64,000 nucleotides of DNA, from the NCBI GenBank assembly GCA_016845345.1, contig JAERSV010000039.1, positions 1,113 through 65,112 of the forward strand. Direction: 5' to 3'. Positions 51,453 to 60,756 of this stretch are shown piece by piece. The number at the start of each line of letters is the position of its first letter. Position 1 is the first letter of the stretch. The DNA comes from Methanobacteriota archaeon (GTDB taxonomy: Archaea; Thermoplasmatota; Poseidoniia; Poseidoniales; Thalassarchaeaceae). A model generated the notes under the pieces. The model was not told the DNA's origin. It saw only the letters and a list, made by a program, of their open reading frames with translations, and did not search any database. The position numbers and the translations under genes were made by a program.

Positions 51453-53006
51453 TCAATTGAGTTCCTTTCGCTTTAGGCTAGACTGGCCAATAAAGAGAGC
51501 GAAAACTGTGAATACTACCAATACGAAAATTGAGATTAATAGTGAGGCAAACGAATTTCCAGCAATTACACTTGGTGGGCTGTAGAATCCTACTAATGCC
51601 GCCTCACTTCCCCAGTCATTATTCATTCCAGCAATTTCAATCAGGTAACTTTGGTCAGGATAGGCTAATACAGATGTGCAATTGATTATTTCAATCCCCC
51701 AGTGTGAAACCGATAACCACGTGAGTGGGAAATTTGGTGCACCTAATGAAATCATAGCCATAGCGAATTCCCAGACACCAAATGCTATGGCAATCCACAA
51801 TCCAAATCTTGGGCTAATTACTCCTAATGTACAGAATATTGTACCATATGCAAGCATCATCAGCCAAGACGCTAACAGAATCCCTAGCCATGCTGACATG
51901 TCATGGAATCTGAATATTGAATCAGAGGGTGCAAGGAAACCAGTAACTATCGCTGTCACGAGGATTAACACGGTTGCGTAAGGCCAAACGAGAGCAATGT
52001 AGCCGAGAAGTCGGTAAGCAAGTATTTCTGCTCGGGCAATTGGTTTACCCATAATGTAGTGAAGAGTTCCTCTCTCCATCTCATCGCGGACCAATCCCGT
52101 TGCAAGGAAGAGCGGGACGAAGATTCCTATCAAGAAAGCGAATCCAATTTTTCCAAACCCAAGAACGAACGCCCTGTGTAGCGATTCTTTGAGAAATTCC
52201 TCATCATCTGGGTCTTCATCAACATAAGGGTCTGCATTTATTCTATAGATTGTATTTGTAGTCGAATTCATTGTATATCGAACATTACAGTTAATTCCGT
52301 CACGGTTCGTATCTTGATTGCGAGGTAGTTCAAATGATTCATTATCTACCCAGCCCACACCTGTGCAATCCCCATCATCATCAAATCCTTGATTTGAGTT
52401 TGAGTAATCACCATCCCAATCAATGCCATCTTCGTCTATCCATTTTTCAGGCGGGTCCGGTGTAACTAATTCAGGGTCCGGATGACTATTTTCATCCCAC
52501 GGGTTTGTGCCGTAGATTTTTTCTTGTCCCGTTGGGTAACCATCTCCATCATAATCATGAGAATCGCCATCATTGTCTACAGATTCAAAACCGGATGACA
52601 TTGCTTCACCATAAAACATCAATATCATCGCAACGAATACCATCCCAATTCCTAGTACCACCCAAGTTGAATTCTTGGTTCTGTATTGGCGCAATGTGAA
52701 TTCTGTAACAGCCGTGGCTTTCCGGTCTAGTCTACTCCACACGGTATTTGTAAGTGGGCGGAATGCTTGTGCTGCTTGGGTTTGAACTCTTTGGAACTGG
52801 GTTACCGCGGCCCCAGCGGCAGCAGCCGGCGCGCTCTGGGCGCTTGGTTGAGGCGGTTGTGCAGTAGCAAGTGCTTGGGCTTGGACCGCGTCTTCTACCT
52901 GCCTCTCAAAATTTTCAGATGTTGAATCCACTTGAGTTGGCGCCTTTGAGATTTGACCGGGCACAACCGTCGGTTCTTTGATGAAATCAGTGGGGTCATC
53001 CTCCAT
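51453..53006 (-). CDS. ABC-2-type permease with large Asp-rich (Ca-binding-like) extracytoplasmic domain
   Basis: One N-terminal TM, then DNDGDSHDYDGDGYP, DEDGIDWDGD, DDDGDC and DTNRDGINC motifs, then 5-6 C-terminal TM helices. Confidence 0.6.
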   Translation of the reverse strand: MEDDPTDFIKEPTVVPGQISKAPTQVDSTSENFERQVEDAVQAQALATAQPPQPSAQSAPAAAAGAAVTQFQRVQTQAAQAFRPLTNTVWSRLDRKATAVTEFTLRQYRTKNSTWVVLGIGMVFVAMILMFYGEAMSSGFESVDNDGDSHDYDGDGYPTGQEKIYGTNPWDENSHPDPELVTPDPPEKWIDEDGIDWDGDYSNSNQGFDDDGDCTGVGWVDNESFELPRNQDTNRDGINCNVRYTMNSTTNTIYRINADPYVDEDPDDEEFLKESLHRAFVLGFGKIGFAFLIGIFVPLFLATGLVRDEMERGTLHYIMGKPIARAEILAYRLLGYIALVWPYATVLILVTAIVTGFLAPSDSIFRFHDMSAWLGILLASWLMMLAYGTIFCTLGVISPRFGLWIAIAFGVWEFAMAMISLGAPNFPLTWLSVSHWGIEIINCTSVLAYPDQSYLIEIAGMNNDWGSEAALVGFYSPPSVIAGNSFASLLISIFVLVVFTVFALFIGQSSLKRKELN

Positions 53007-53008
53007 AA

Positions 53009-53998
53009 TCAGGACCTCCCTTCAACTAAATATCCTAACAAGGACTCTAAGTTGTCATCTGGATTCTCAATCGCGGTAACTCTGATTCCACTCTCATGAC
53101 AAATTCTTGGAAGTGCTTGGTGGACAGAAGAGAGATTATTGGTTTCAACAACTAATTCATCACTATTTGGGAAACGCACGCCATACACATCTTCGTGGGG
53201 AAGAAACGCGGTACCCAAACCTCGCGGGTTATCGGTGCGCAGAAGAATTCGGTGGGGGTGTTTGTCCAGTAGTTCACGGATCGCATGTAGGTTTCCAATT
53301 GCCAAAAGTCGTCCATTGTGGAGAATTATAATCTGTTCAGTAATTCTCTCAATTTCTGAAAGTATATGACTACTTACAAGCACAGTTTTCCCAGATGCAC
53401 CAAGTTCCCTTACAACATTCATAATCGTTGTACGGGCCAAAGGATCACATCCTGCTAAGGGCTCATCAAGAATGATCAAGTCGGGTTCATTTACCAATGC
53501 ATGTGCGATTTTTACTCTCTGTCTCATTCCCTTGGAATACTTGCCGATTTCTTTGTTGGCAACATCGCCTAATCCGACGAAATCAAGAACATGTAATGCC
53601 TTTTCTTTTGCTTCATCCCTAGTGTATCCGTAAAGGCGAGCTAACGTTGCTACGAAGTCCAAACCAGTCATCCAATCGTAGAGATGTTCTGATTCGGAAA
53701 CATAGCCTATTCTTGAGTAAGGAGCTGGATTTTTGAATGGATTTGTACCAAAAAGGTGGACATTTCCAGAACTTGGTTGTAATCGTCCTACAATCAACTT
53801 GAACAAAGTCGATTTCCCAGCCCCATTTTGACCGAGTATCCCAGTTACACCACCCTTGATGGCAATGCTAACGTCATTCAAACCCATCACTGAACCATAG
53901 GTCTTTGTTACATGGTCAAGCATAATGTGGGGTGCTTCATCAACTGGAGCCCACTCCTTTGTCTCGCTAGTTCCAACTTGGGATAGGTCTGGAATCAC
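53009..53998 (-). CDS. ABC transporter ATP-binding protein
   Basis: Walker A GQNGAGKST, signature YSKGMRQR, Walker B LIILDEP. Confidence 0.88.
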   Translation of the reverse strand: MIPDLSQVGTSETKEWAPVDEAPHIMLDHVTKTYGSVMGLNDVSIAIKGGVTGILGQNGAGKSTLFKLIVGRLQPSSGNVHLFGTNPFKNPAPYSRIGYVSESEHLYDWMTGLDFVATLARLYGYTRDEAKEKALHVLDFVGLGDVANKEIGKYSKGMRQRVKIAHALVNEPDLIILDEPLAGCDPLARTTIMNVVRELGASGKTVLVSSHILSEIERITEQIIILHNGRLLAIGNLHAIRELLDKHPHRILLRTDNPRGLGTAFLPHEDVYGVRFPNSDELVVETNNLSSVHQALPRICHESGIRVTAIENPDDNLESLLGYLVEGRS

Positions 53999-55200
53999 TC
54001 GCGTGTCACCTCCAAGGAAGAAACTCTAGCCGAAAGAATGTAGAGAGAAATAGCATTCATTGTAATCAGCATCACTAGACTCCAAGATGCTGGATGCTCG
54101 TAAGTATGATTCAGTCCGAGCATCCATTGTCCTACATGAGCCAAATTGTCATATGGCGAAATTAGGTAAATTGCACTACTATCAAACAAAGCCCATATCA
54201 AGAATGCTACCATTTTTGTTCCCAAAATCAAGCCAATGAAAGCAACCGCAGGGAAGAATTTACCAGAACTAACTGAGGAAAGTGCAAGACCAATACTGGT
54301 GTATGTGAACACTAGTAGACCGCCCGCAAGGAAAGCACCGAGGAACAATAACCCAGTGTCCATGACATATGACCACCCTTCACCACCCACGAGGATTGCC
54401 CCAAGATAGTAAGCAGAGAGAGTGAACAACACCACAACTGAGAGAATTATTGCAACTGAGAGAAACTTCATCGCCGCGTAATCTCGCCTATTGACAGGAC
54501 GTGAAAAGTACAGTGCAGAGGTCCCATTCCGTCTATCCTCACTTATCATTCCGCCAATAATTAATGCAGTTACTATCGGATAAGTACAGGCATTTCTAAA
54601 CCAAAACGATAGTACATGCCCATACAAATTTCCACGAGATATTCCTGCTAAGCGTTCGATTGCTTCAACCCCTGTTGCAGCCCCAACTGTCAGTAAGAGT
54701 AAATCACCAATTGAAGCGATTAAAACCCCGAAAATAACCAACTTTGTCATCATTGGCCACGGCTTATGCCCCTTTGAAAAAAGGCCGTAAATGTGGTATC
54801 GCAAAATCGACCAATTTCTAACCCAACGGCTATTCAGATTACCACGCCATGGGCGGTACACTTGGTGAAAGATTGTTCCAGTTTGAACTTCAGATGAAAC
54901 TTGCGCTACTTGTGCGGTTGCTACTTCGTCACCATCACCAGTTCCAAAGGCGGCTTCCATCCTGCCTCTTCCAGTAACGACACCTCCTTTTTCACCCATG
55001 AATTCAGCATCAGCAGGCTGGATCTCTGTTTGAGGAGTTGAAGGCTCAACTTGCATCAAAGATTCAATTGCATCATCCTCAAAATTTGGTTCTGGATTTG
55101 AATCCGTGATTGCCGCAGATTCCTCAGTGATTTGTTGGGAAGGTGACGGATAATCTTCGCCAAATAAATCATCCACATCGGGGATTTCATCTTCCATCAA
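53995..55200 (-). CDS. ABC-2-type transporter permease
   Basis: An acidic N-terminal ~120 aa is followed by 6 TM helices. Start/stop overlaps with both flanking ATPase genes. Confidence 0.6.
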   Translation of the reverse strand: MMEDEIPDVDDLFGEDYPSPSQQITEESAAITDSNPEPNFEDDAIESLMQVEPSTPQTEIQPADAEFMGEKGGVVTGRGRMEAAFGTGDGDEVATAQVAQVSSEVQTGTIFHQVYRPWRGNLNSRWVRNWSILRYHIYGLFSKGHKPWPMMTKLVIFGVLIASIGDLLLLTVGAATGVEAIERLAGISRGNLYGHVLSFWFRNACTYPIVTALIIGGMISEDRRNGTSALYFSRPVNRRDYAAMKFLSVAIILSVVVLFTLSAYYLGAILVGGEGWSYVMDTGLLFLGAFLAGGLLVFTYTSIGLALSSVSSGKFFPAVAFIGLILGTKMVAFLIWALFDSSAIYLISPYDNLAHVGQWMLGLNHTYEHPASWSLVMLITMNAISLYILSARVSSLEVTRE

Positions 55201-56201
55201 AAATTACCCCCCGGTTGTGATGGAGCAGGTGCAACGGAGGTAGTTGGGGGCTGAGATTGTAACAAATCAGCCGAAGATTTCACTCCATATCCAAGGCGGT
55301 CCATGATGACAAGGAACAGATCTTCTAGAGAGGGTTCGTAATCCTCCATCCTACGAATCTGAACCTGTGCCTTCGCGGCTAATTCTAGAACTAAGTCGTA
55401 AGTGGTTTCATCCTGGCGAACAACTCGCATGACTCTCCCGGTTCTTCGAGGAGTTAATCCAGCATCGTTCAGTGCCGCTTCCATTCGTGAAGCACCACCC
55501 CAAACCCAAATCTCAATTTCGCGGTCAATTGCCTTCAAATCCTCAATTTTACCCTGAGCAATCAATTTTCCTTTGTGAATCATCACAATTCGGTCACATA
55601 TTTTTTCCACATCATCCATCAGATGACTGCACATTAGAATTGACCTGTTGCCTTGCTTAACAACCTGAAACAAAGTATCAAGCATGAAACCACGAGCCTT
55701 GGTATCTAAGCCATTAGTTGGCTCGTCACAAATCAAAAGTTCAGGGTCATGAATAATTGCACACGCTAACTTCGTAGCCTGCATCATACCTGTTGAGAAA
55801 CTGGAAATTTCGCGATAACGCTGGTCCCTCAACCCAACATATTCGAGAACTTCGTGTGCCCTTTGCATAGCGACGTTTGTGTTCATCCCGGTTAATTCAC
55901 CACAATACTTCACCTGATGTATCGCATTCATCTCAGGGGTCAAACAGTCGTATTCTGGCATGTAACCAATCCTTTGCCGTATGCTATCTCCTTCTGTTCG
56001 GATATTGTAACCGAGGACTTCACCATCCCCTGATGTAAGTTGAATTAAACCAAGTAAAGTTTTGATCATGGTGCTTTTACCTGCACCATTTGGACCTAAT
56101 AATGCAGTTGCACCACTATTGATTTTGAGACTCATTTCGTCAATTGCGACGTGGGGTCCATACATCTTGGTGAGTTTCTCTGTTGCAATAATTGTCTGCA
56201 A
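55197..56201 (-). CDS. ABC transporter ATP-binding protein
   Basis: Walker A GPNGAGKST, signature FSTGMMQ, Walker B LLICDEPTNGLD. Confidence 0.88.
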   Translation of the reverse strand: MQTIIATEKLTKMYGPHVAIDEMSLKINSGATALLGPNGAGKSTMIKTLLGLIQLTSGDGEVLGYNIRTEGDSIRQRIGYMPEYDCLTPEMNAIHQVKYCGELTGMNTNVAMQRAHEVLEYVGLRDQRYREISSFSTGMMQATKLACAIIHDPELLICDEPTNGLDTKARGFMLDTLFQVVKQGNRSILMCSHLMDDVEKICDRIVMIHKGKLIAQGKIEDLKAIDREIEIWVWGGASRMEAALNDAGLTPRRTGRVMRVVRQDETTYDLVLELAAKAQVQIRRMEDYEPSLEDLFLVIMDRLGYGVKSSADLLQSQPPTTSVAPAPSQPGGNF

Positions 56202-56293
56202 ACCAAGTCCCCCTCACTCCGTGAGGGGAAGATAGCCCTTGAATCAATCCCCTGCCGGTATCCGACGATTGAAGCGATTTAGAGATTTTTTTA

Positions 56294-56421
56294 GCACGAG
56301 TTGAAAATTCAATCGAGTTTGATTCCACCACGGGTTTTCACAGGAGAAAGGAAGGGATTTAGGCATGTTTGGCATGAGTTGAAAACTCAATCTAATTTAA
56401 TTCCACCACGGGTTTTCACAG
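56294..56421. repeat. Direct duplication (2 x 50 bp, period 78 bp) of the tgtA 3' end
   Basis: 56294-56343 versus 56372-56421 shows 5 mismatches. Copy 2 covers the last 10 codons plus the stop of tgtA and 15 bp downstream. Confidence 0.85.
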
Positions 56422-58507
56422 CAATTCCTTTACCAAATGCTAGCAATTCTCTTTCTCCGCATTGAGATATGCCATGAGCAACTAATTCACCTGATTGATT
56501 GACAATCAAGCATGGCATTCCAGTTCGTAGTAAACCTTGGTGACCAAGGATGAATCCGTGCATTACATTGCGGCCATCGCGAACAAAAGGTTCAGCGTCT
56601 GAATCAATTACGACTTCTGGAAGACCTACCGTTTCAGAATTAGCAACCATCATCTCATGAATCCACTTTGCACCATCCGTGGTCAAACTCAATCCACCGT
56701 CAGTTAGCCTCTGACTAAAGATATGGACTCCGTCGAGTAACACATTGTTCACTCTTCTAGTTCGACTCATTACAAAGGTCAGATTTGGTGCTATAGAATG
56801 CGTCACATCGTAGCCTAAACCAGAAAACATATTAATCTTGTCACAGATTGCATATCGCTGGTGATGACTTCTGACACCTGAGCGCTTGCCTTCGCCCGAA
56901 GGCATTTTTTCGCCAAGTAAAATAGTAAGGCGCTCGAACAAATCCTCTTCTTCATCTGCAGAGTTATGCAGAACAATTCTTTCAAAATCGCAATCTAATA
57001 ATTCTTCTACAAGAGGCAAAAAATACTCTTCCAATTCATCTTTGCCATCAAATTCTGGCAAAGAAGCATCCCAGAGAATTGCAGGTCCTAACATATGAGC
57101 GAACGGATTTATGTCTTCAAGTTGAAAAGGAATCAATCCTATTGGAGTGTAAATTAAAGGGATAATTTGAGGCCAATTACGGACCATTTTAGAAATTATA
57201 GCACCATCTGATTCACGCCAAGGCCCAGAACTACCGTGAATAATAACTACAAATCGGTCTTCAACATCGATTAAATTTCCAAAATGGTCACAAGGTGGAG
57301 GAGCCCAATCAAGCCAGTGTGAGGCATGTACGACGCGTGGGTGCAAGTCAATATCTGTGGACCATTGAATCCCTCCAGCACGGCAAGGTGGGGTGTTTAA
57401 CACTAAGTCCGCAGGCATGTTTTCGTATAACCAAAGAGTTGCTTCTCTAAGTTCGGGGTTAGCATGGCTTCTTTGTTCAACTAAATCCCATAATGTGTCA
57501 GTACGAATTGCTTCCCGGCAACGCGCAAGTTCTGCTGATGTGACCTGTAAATTATGCCGTGCTAACAATTCAATTTTCTTTTCTTTTGGTAGATTTCTTG
57601 CCTCAGCAGGAGTTATCGAGAAAAGAGCCGGTGACATATGTGGCCATTCTTGAATTTCACCAAGTTTGATGGTTCCTGTAGGAGTTAGGAGGCGGTCATC
57701 TTTGGCAAATAATGCATAAGCCGCTGAATCAAATAAGTCAATTCCAAGTGCAATACAAATTGGAAACAAAATCGGATGCCCACAGCCAAATAAATGCACT
57801 GGTCTTTCAGGTGTAAGTTGAGACTTACTAGCGACTATTAATTCAATTAATTCACGATAACGCTGGTTTTCCATCAATGGTACAACCCCACCAATCGGAT
57901 GGACCGCGAAGTCCATCTCTGACATCATGAACGCAGATTTCTCCCGTAAATCAGAGTAAGTTCCACCTTGAATCGGGCCGTTTAACAAAGTTTCACCCGC
58001 GGCTGTCAACGCCGCAGGCCCTCTCTCAGCAGTCACGGCGACTGCATCTTCAAGTTCCTCCCTAGTCATGTCAGGGCGACCAAACACATCCATCATCGTG
58101 GCAATGTCAACACCAATCTCTCGTTGAAACTCGACCACTTCCACTTCACCGATTTCAACATCTCCATACACATATTGCTGGAAAACTCCCGAATCGGTCA
58201 TTATCACCCCTGGGTAATTGAGTAGTTTATGCACTCCCATTTTTAGGGCCTTTTCTTTGAGTTCTCCCCCCTTCCAAATGATGTATGAATTAGTAATCAG
58301 TGCTTCAAATCCGATGTCCCACATTTCACTTGGGGATATAGCCTGAATATTCGGATTTACTACCGGTAAAAGAGTCGGAGTAGCCAGTTTGTGGGTATTG
58401 GTATGAAATAAACCAAGGCGAGCCCAGCCATCACTTGACTTGACTTCGAATTTACCGTGATCACCTTCTTTGCACGGAGAGACTTTGCGAACGCTATCTG
58501 TGCTCAT
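56387..58507 (-). CDS. tgtA: Archaeosine tRNA-guanine transglycosylase with C-terminal PUA domain
   Basis: TGT-family core (ARLGLFHT..LATPTLLPVVNP, DSGVFQ, LFGCGHP) with C-terminal extension domains ending in a PUA-like segment (GMPCLIVNQSGELVAHGIS). Confidence 0.85.
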   Translation of the reverse strand: MSTDSVRKVSPCKEGDHGKFEVKSSDGWARLGLFHTNTHKLATPTLLPVVNPNIQAISPSEMWDIGFEALITNSYIIWKGGELKEKALKMGVHKLLNYPGVIMTDSGVFQQYVYGDVEIGEVEVVEFQREIGVDIATMMDVFGRPDMTREELEDAVAVTAERGPAALTAAGETLLNGPIQGGTYSDLREKSAFMMSEMDFAVHPIGGVVPLMENQRYRELIELIVASKSQLTPERPVHLFGCGHPILFPICIALGIDLFDSAAYALFAKDDRLLTPTGTIKLGEIQEWPHMSPALFSITPAEARNLPKEKKIELLARHNLQVTSAELARCREAIRTDTLWDLVEQRSHANPELREATLWLYENMPADLVLNTPPCRAGGIQWSTDIDLHPRVVHASHWLDWAPPPCDHFGNLIDVEDRFVVIIHGSSGPWRESDGAIISKMVRNWPQIIPLIYTPIGLIPFQLEDINPFAHMLGPAILWDASLPEFDGKDELEEYFLPLVEELLDCDFERIVLHNSADEEEDLFERLTILLGEKMPSGEGKRSGVRSHHQRYAICDKINMFSGLGYDVTHSIAPNLTFVMSRTRRVNNVLLDGVHIFSQRLTDGGLSLTTDGAKWIHEMMVANSETVGLPEVVIDSDAEPFVRDGRNVMHGFILGHQGLLRTGMPCLIVNQSGELVAHGISQCGERELLAFGKGIAVKTRGGIKLD

Positions 58508-58581
58508 GGCCTCACCTACAGAAACACGGGGTAGCCACTGCCTTTTGTTGCCACCGGCTCAGTTGAATAAAGGAAAAGTCA

Positions 58582-58968
58582 TCATGATTCGCCACTAGGT
58601 GGATCATTTCTACCATCTTCCATATGACCGGACTTGTAGCCTTTCCACTCAGGATTCACCTGGTCGTAACAGTCGCCATCAGCGCGGTCAATGCGTCCGT
58701 CATTGTCGTTATCAATGCCATCACCGCAATTTCCTCCGCCGCCAAATAAGCCGCCACCGTCACCGTTTGCACTATTTCCTGAGAGCATGAACCAAGAGCC
58801 AACAGCGGCGACGACTAGGAGCATTCCGATAACTGTCCATGCTGCAGTTCCAAAGCCTTCTTGCTTATGCACGACTTCAACCGTAACTTTACGATTGATA
58901 CCATCAGCAGAGGTATCTGCTGAGGCTTCAGCGATCGCAGATTGTGCCGCTTCATCCTCTCCCATCAA
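58582..58968 (-). CDS. Small single-pass membrane protein with Gly-rich and Asp-rich (Ca-binding-like) ectodomain
   Basis: TM helix AAWTVIGMLLVVAAVGSWFML, then GDGGGLFGGGGNCGDGIDNDNDGRIDRADGDC. Confidence 0.5.
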   Translation of the reverse strand: MMGEDEAAQSAIAEASADTSADGINRKVTVEVVHKQEGFGTAAWTVIGMLLVVAAVGSWFMLSGNSANGDGGGLFGGGGNCGDGIDNDNDGRIDRADGDCYDQVNPEWKGYKSGHMEDGRNDPPSGES

Positions 58969-59016
58969 GCAGGCAACGACAGCGCTTCAATATCAATCCC
59001 CCGTTGAACAGGGAAT

Positions 59017-59310
59017 TCAATACAGAAGGAGGTTAATCTCTGATTCTTCAAGAGTTGAGAGCAATTCATCATCAAATTCTCTCTGCTTAGGTGTGGCTAT
59101 TATTTTGATTAATCGCCCTGACGCATTCTCATTTACAAGTGAAATTAGATGTTGACTCATTGACATTTGATGAGCAGTAATTACTACCGCGGCATTATGT
59201 TCATTTTTTGAAATATTGATTATCCAATCATCAAAAGGTTGCAGTGGGGTCCACTGCAATTCATAATCATCAGGAAGACCAAAATTCGATTCCGCTAATG
59301 CTGATTCCAA
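59017..59310 (-). CDS. Hypothetical protein
   Basis: 97-aa ORF with a TTG start, in the same frame directly after the nfu-like stop. No motif recognised. Confidence 0.3.
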   Translation of the reverse strand: MESALAESNFGLPDDYELQWTPLQPFDDWIINISKNEHNAAVVITAHQMSMSQHLISLVNENASGRLIKIIATPKQREFDDELLSTLEESEINLLLY

Positions 59311-59352
59311 ATCAGCATGCCAAGAACTAGCTTCTGACGGAATTTCATCACC

Positions 59353-59826
59353 TCAAACGAATTTAACATTAGCATGCAATTGTAGGAATTCCGATGTCAA
59401 ATCATCAAAATGGTCCAGCATTGCTGAACTGAATGTAACTACAGAGACCTCTTTATCCATCAGTAAATCGTTTTGAATCCCCTGCAAGGTGCCCGGTGCG
59501 GCTCCACAAGCCACACAAGCACCGTCTAAATTCAACTGTAATTCCAAAGATTGTGAACCATTTTGTGCAGTAATCACCTTACTGTTGTCAACCACGACTG
59601 CGCCGCCATGGCCAACCAAAGCGGCTCTGACCTCACCAAGCCTAACCATAATGGCACGAACCAAATCGGGGCCGCCTCCTGAAGATACTAACTCAACTAG
59701 AGATAGGGATGCGAATCGCGCCTCCTCATCTGGATTAACGACTTCTGACAAACGTGCTTCAGCCTCAGCCGCCATGCTCGCAGCGACTTCTGCGGCATAA
59801 GAATCCGTTAGTTCGTCCTCACCCAT
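59353..59826 (-). CDS. Nfu/NifU C-terminal-domain Fe-S scaffold protein
   Basis: LDGACVACGAAPGTLQGIQNDL matches the GxCxxC...T...GI Nfu motif. Confidence 0.7.
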   Translation of the reverse strand: MGEDELTDSYAAEVAASMAAEAEARLSEVVNPDEEARFASLSLVELVSSGGGPDLVRAIMVRLGEVRAALVGHGGAVVVDNSKVITAQNGSQSLELQLNLDGACVACGAAPGTLQGIQNDLLMDKEVSVVTFSSAMLDHFDDLTSEFLQLHANVKFV

Positions 59827-59972
59827 TATTCAGTCGTAACAGCCCAACCTCTATGACTCATTGCCTGCGGTTGAATTTACTCTGTAAACATATGATGGGC
59901 TATCGTTATTGATGAATCTAGACTAACTGTCGCATGAAAGATGGGAACACGCCTTCATAAAGGCCAACCAAA

Positions 59973-59987
59973 CCACAATCATTGTGG
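59973..59987. promoter_or_regulatory. Perfect 7-1-7 palindrome ccacaat-c-attgtgg overlapping the sufC ribosome-binding site
   Basis: Read directly. The right arm runs into GGAGG and it lies 10 nt upstream of ATG 59998. Confidence 0.4.
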
Positions 59988-59997
59988 AGGTATTGAG

Positions 59998-60756
59998 ATG
60001 AGTGGCGAAGGTGTGGTGGAGATTCGTAATCTACACGTATCTATTGGTGATGAGGCTATTCTCAACGGCATTGATTTAACTATGAAAAAGGGCGAAATTC
60101 ACGCCCTAATGGGCAGAAATGGTAGTGGCAAATCAACTCTTGCAAAGGTCTTGATGGGACACCCAGAATATGAGGTGACCGAGGGCTCAGTAACTATTGA
60201 CGGTGAGGACATTCTTTCCCTAGAACCATGGGAGAGGGCACGACTCGGTGTGTTCTTGTCATTCCAATATCCACAATCTGTTCCAGGCCTTCAAGTTGGA
60301 AATTTTTTGCGCAAGTCAGTTGCCGCTATTCGAGGTGATAATACGCCAAAGGCGCGGGAATTCCGAAAGGAACTGAAAACCTGCATGGACCTATTAGATG
60401 TGGATAAGAAATTTCTGGGCCGCTATGTAAACGATGGATTTAGCGGCGGAGAGAAGAAGCGACTTGAGATTCTACAATTGATGCTTCTAAAACCACAGTT
60501 AGCAGTCCTTGATGAAACTGATTCAGGACTTGACATTGACGCATTGCGTACAGTTGCAACCGGGATTAATTCCTCAGTTGGAAACGCTGCTTGTCTCATT
60601 ATAACTCACTATCAAAGAATACTCGATCATGTCAATCCAGATTATGTTCATGTCATCGTTGATGGAAAAATAGTCGCTTCGGGTGGTCCGGAATTGGCAC
60701 TGAAATTAGAAGACAAAGGCTATGAGTGGCTTGGGGAAGAGAGGGTGGCAGCATGA
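59998..60756 (+). CDS. sufC: Fe-S cluster assembly ATPase SufC
   Basis: [19 protein letters not shown] and [14 protein letters not shown] 59998 with GGAGG is preferred over 59941. Confidence 0.92.
   Translation: MSGEGVVEIRNLHVSIGDEAILNGIDLTMKKGEIHALMGRNGSGKSTLAKVLMGHPEYEVTEGSVTIDGEDILSLEPWERARLGVFLSFQYPQSVPGLQVGNFLRKSVAAIRGDNTPKAREFRKELKTCMDLLDVDKKFLGRYVNDGFSGGEKKRLEILQLMLLKPQLAVLDETDSGLDIDALRTVATGINSSVGNAACLIITHYQRILDHVNPDYVHVIVDGKIVASGGPELALKLEDKGYEWLGEERVAA

Noticed and set aside
50854-51585. 243-aa plus-strand ORF antisense to the 408-aa hexa-Trp gene
   Set aside because: It is Ser/Pro-rich low complexity that includes HHHHH (the mirror of the WWWWWW codons). It spans the boundary of two minus-strand genes.
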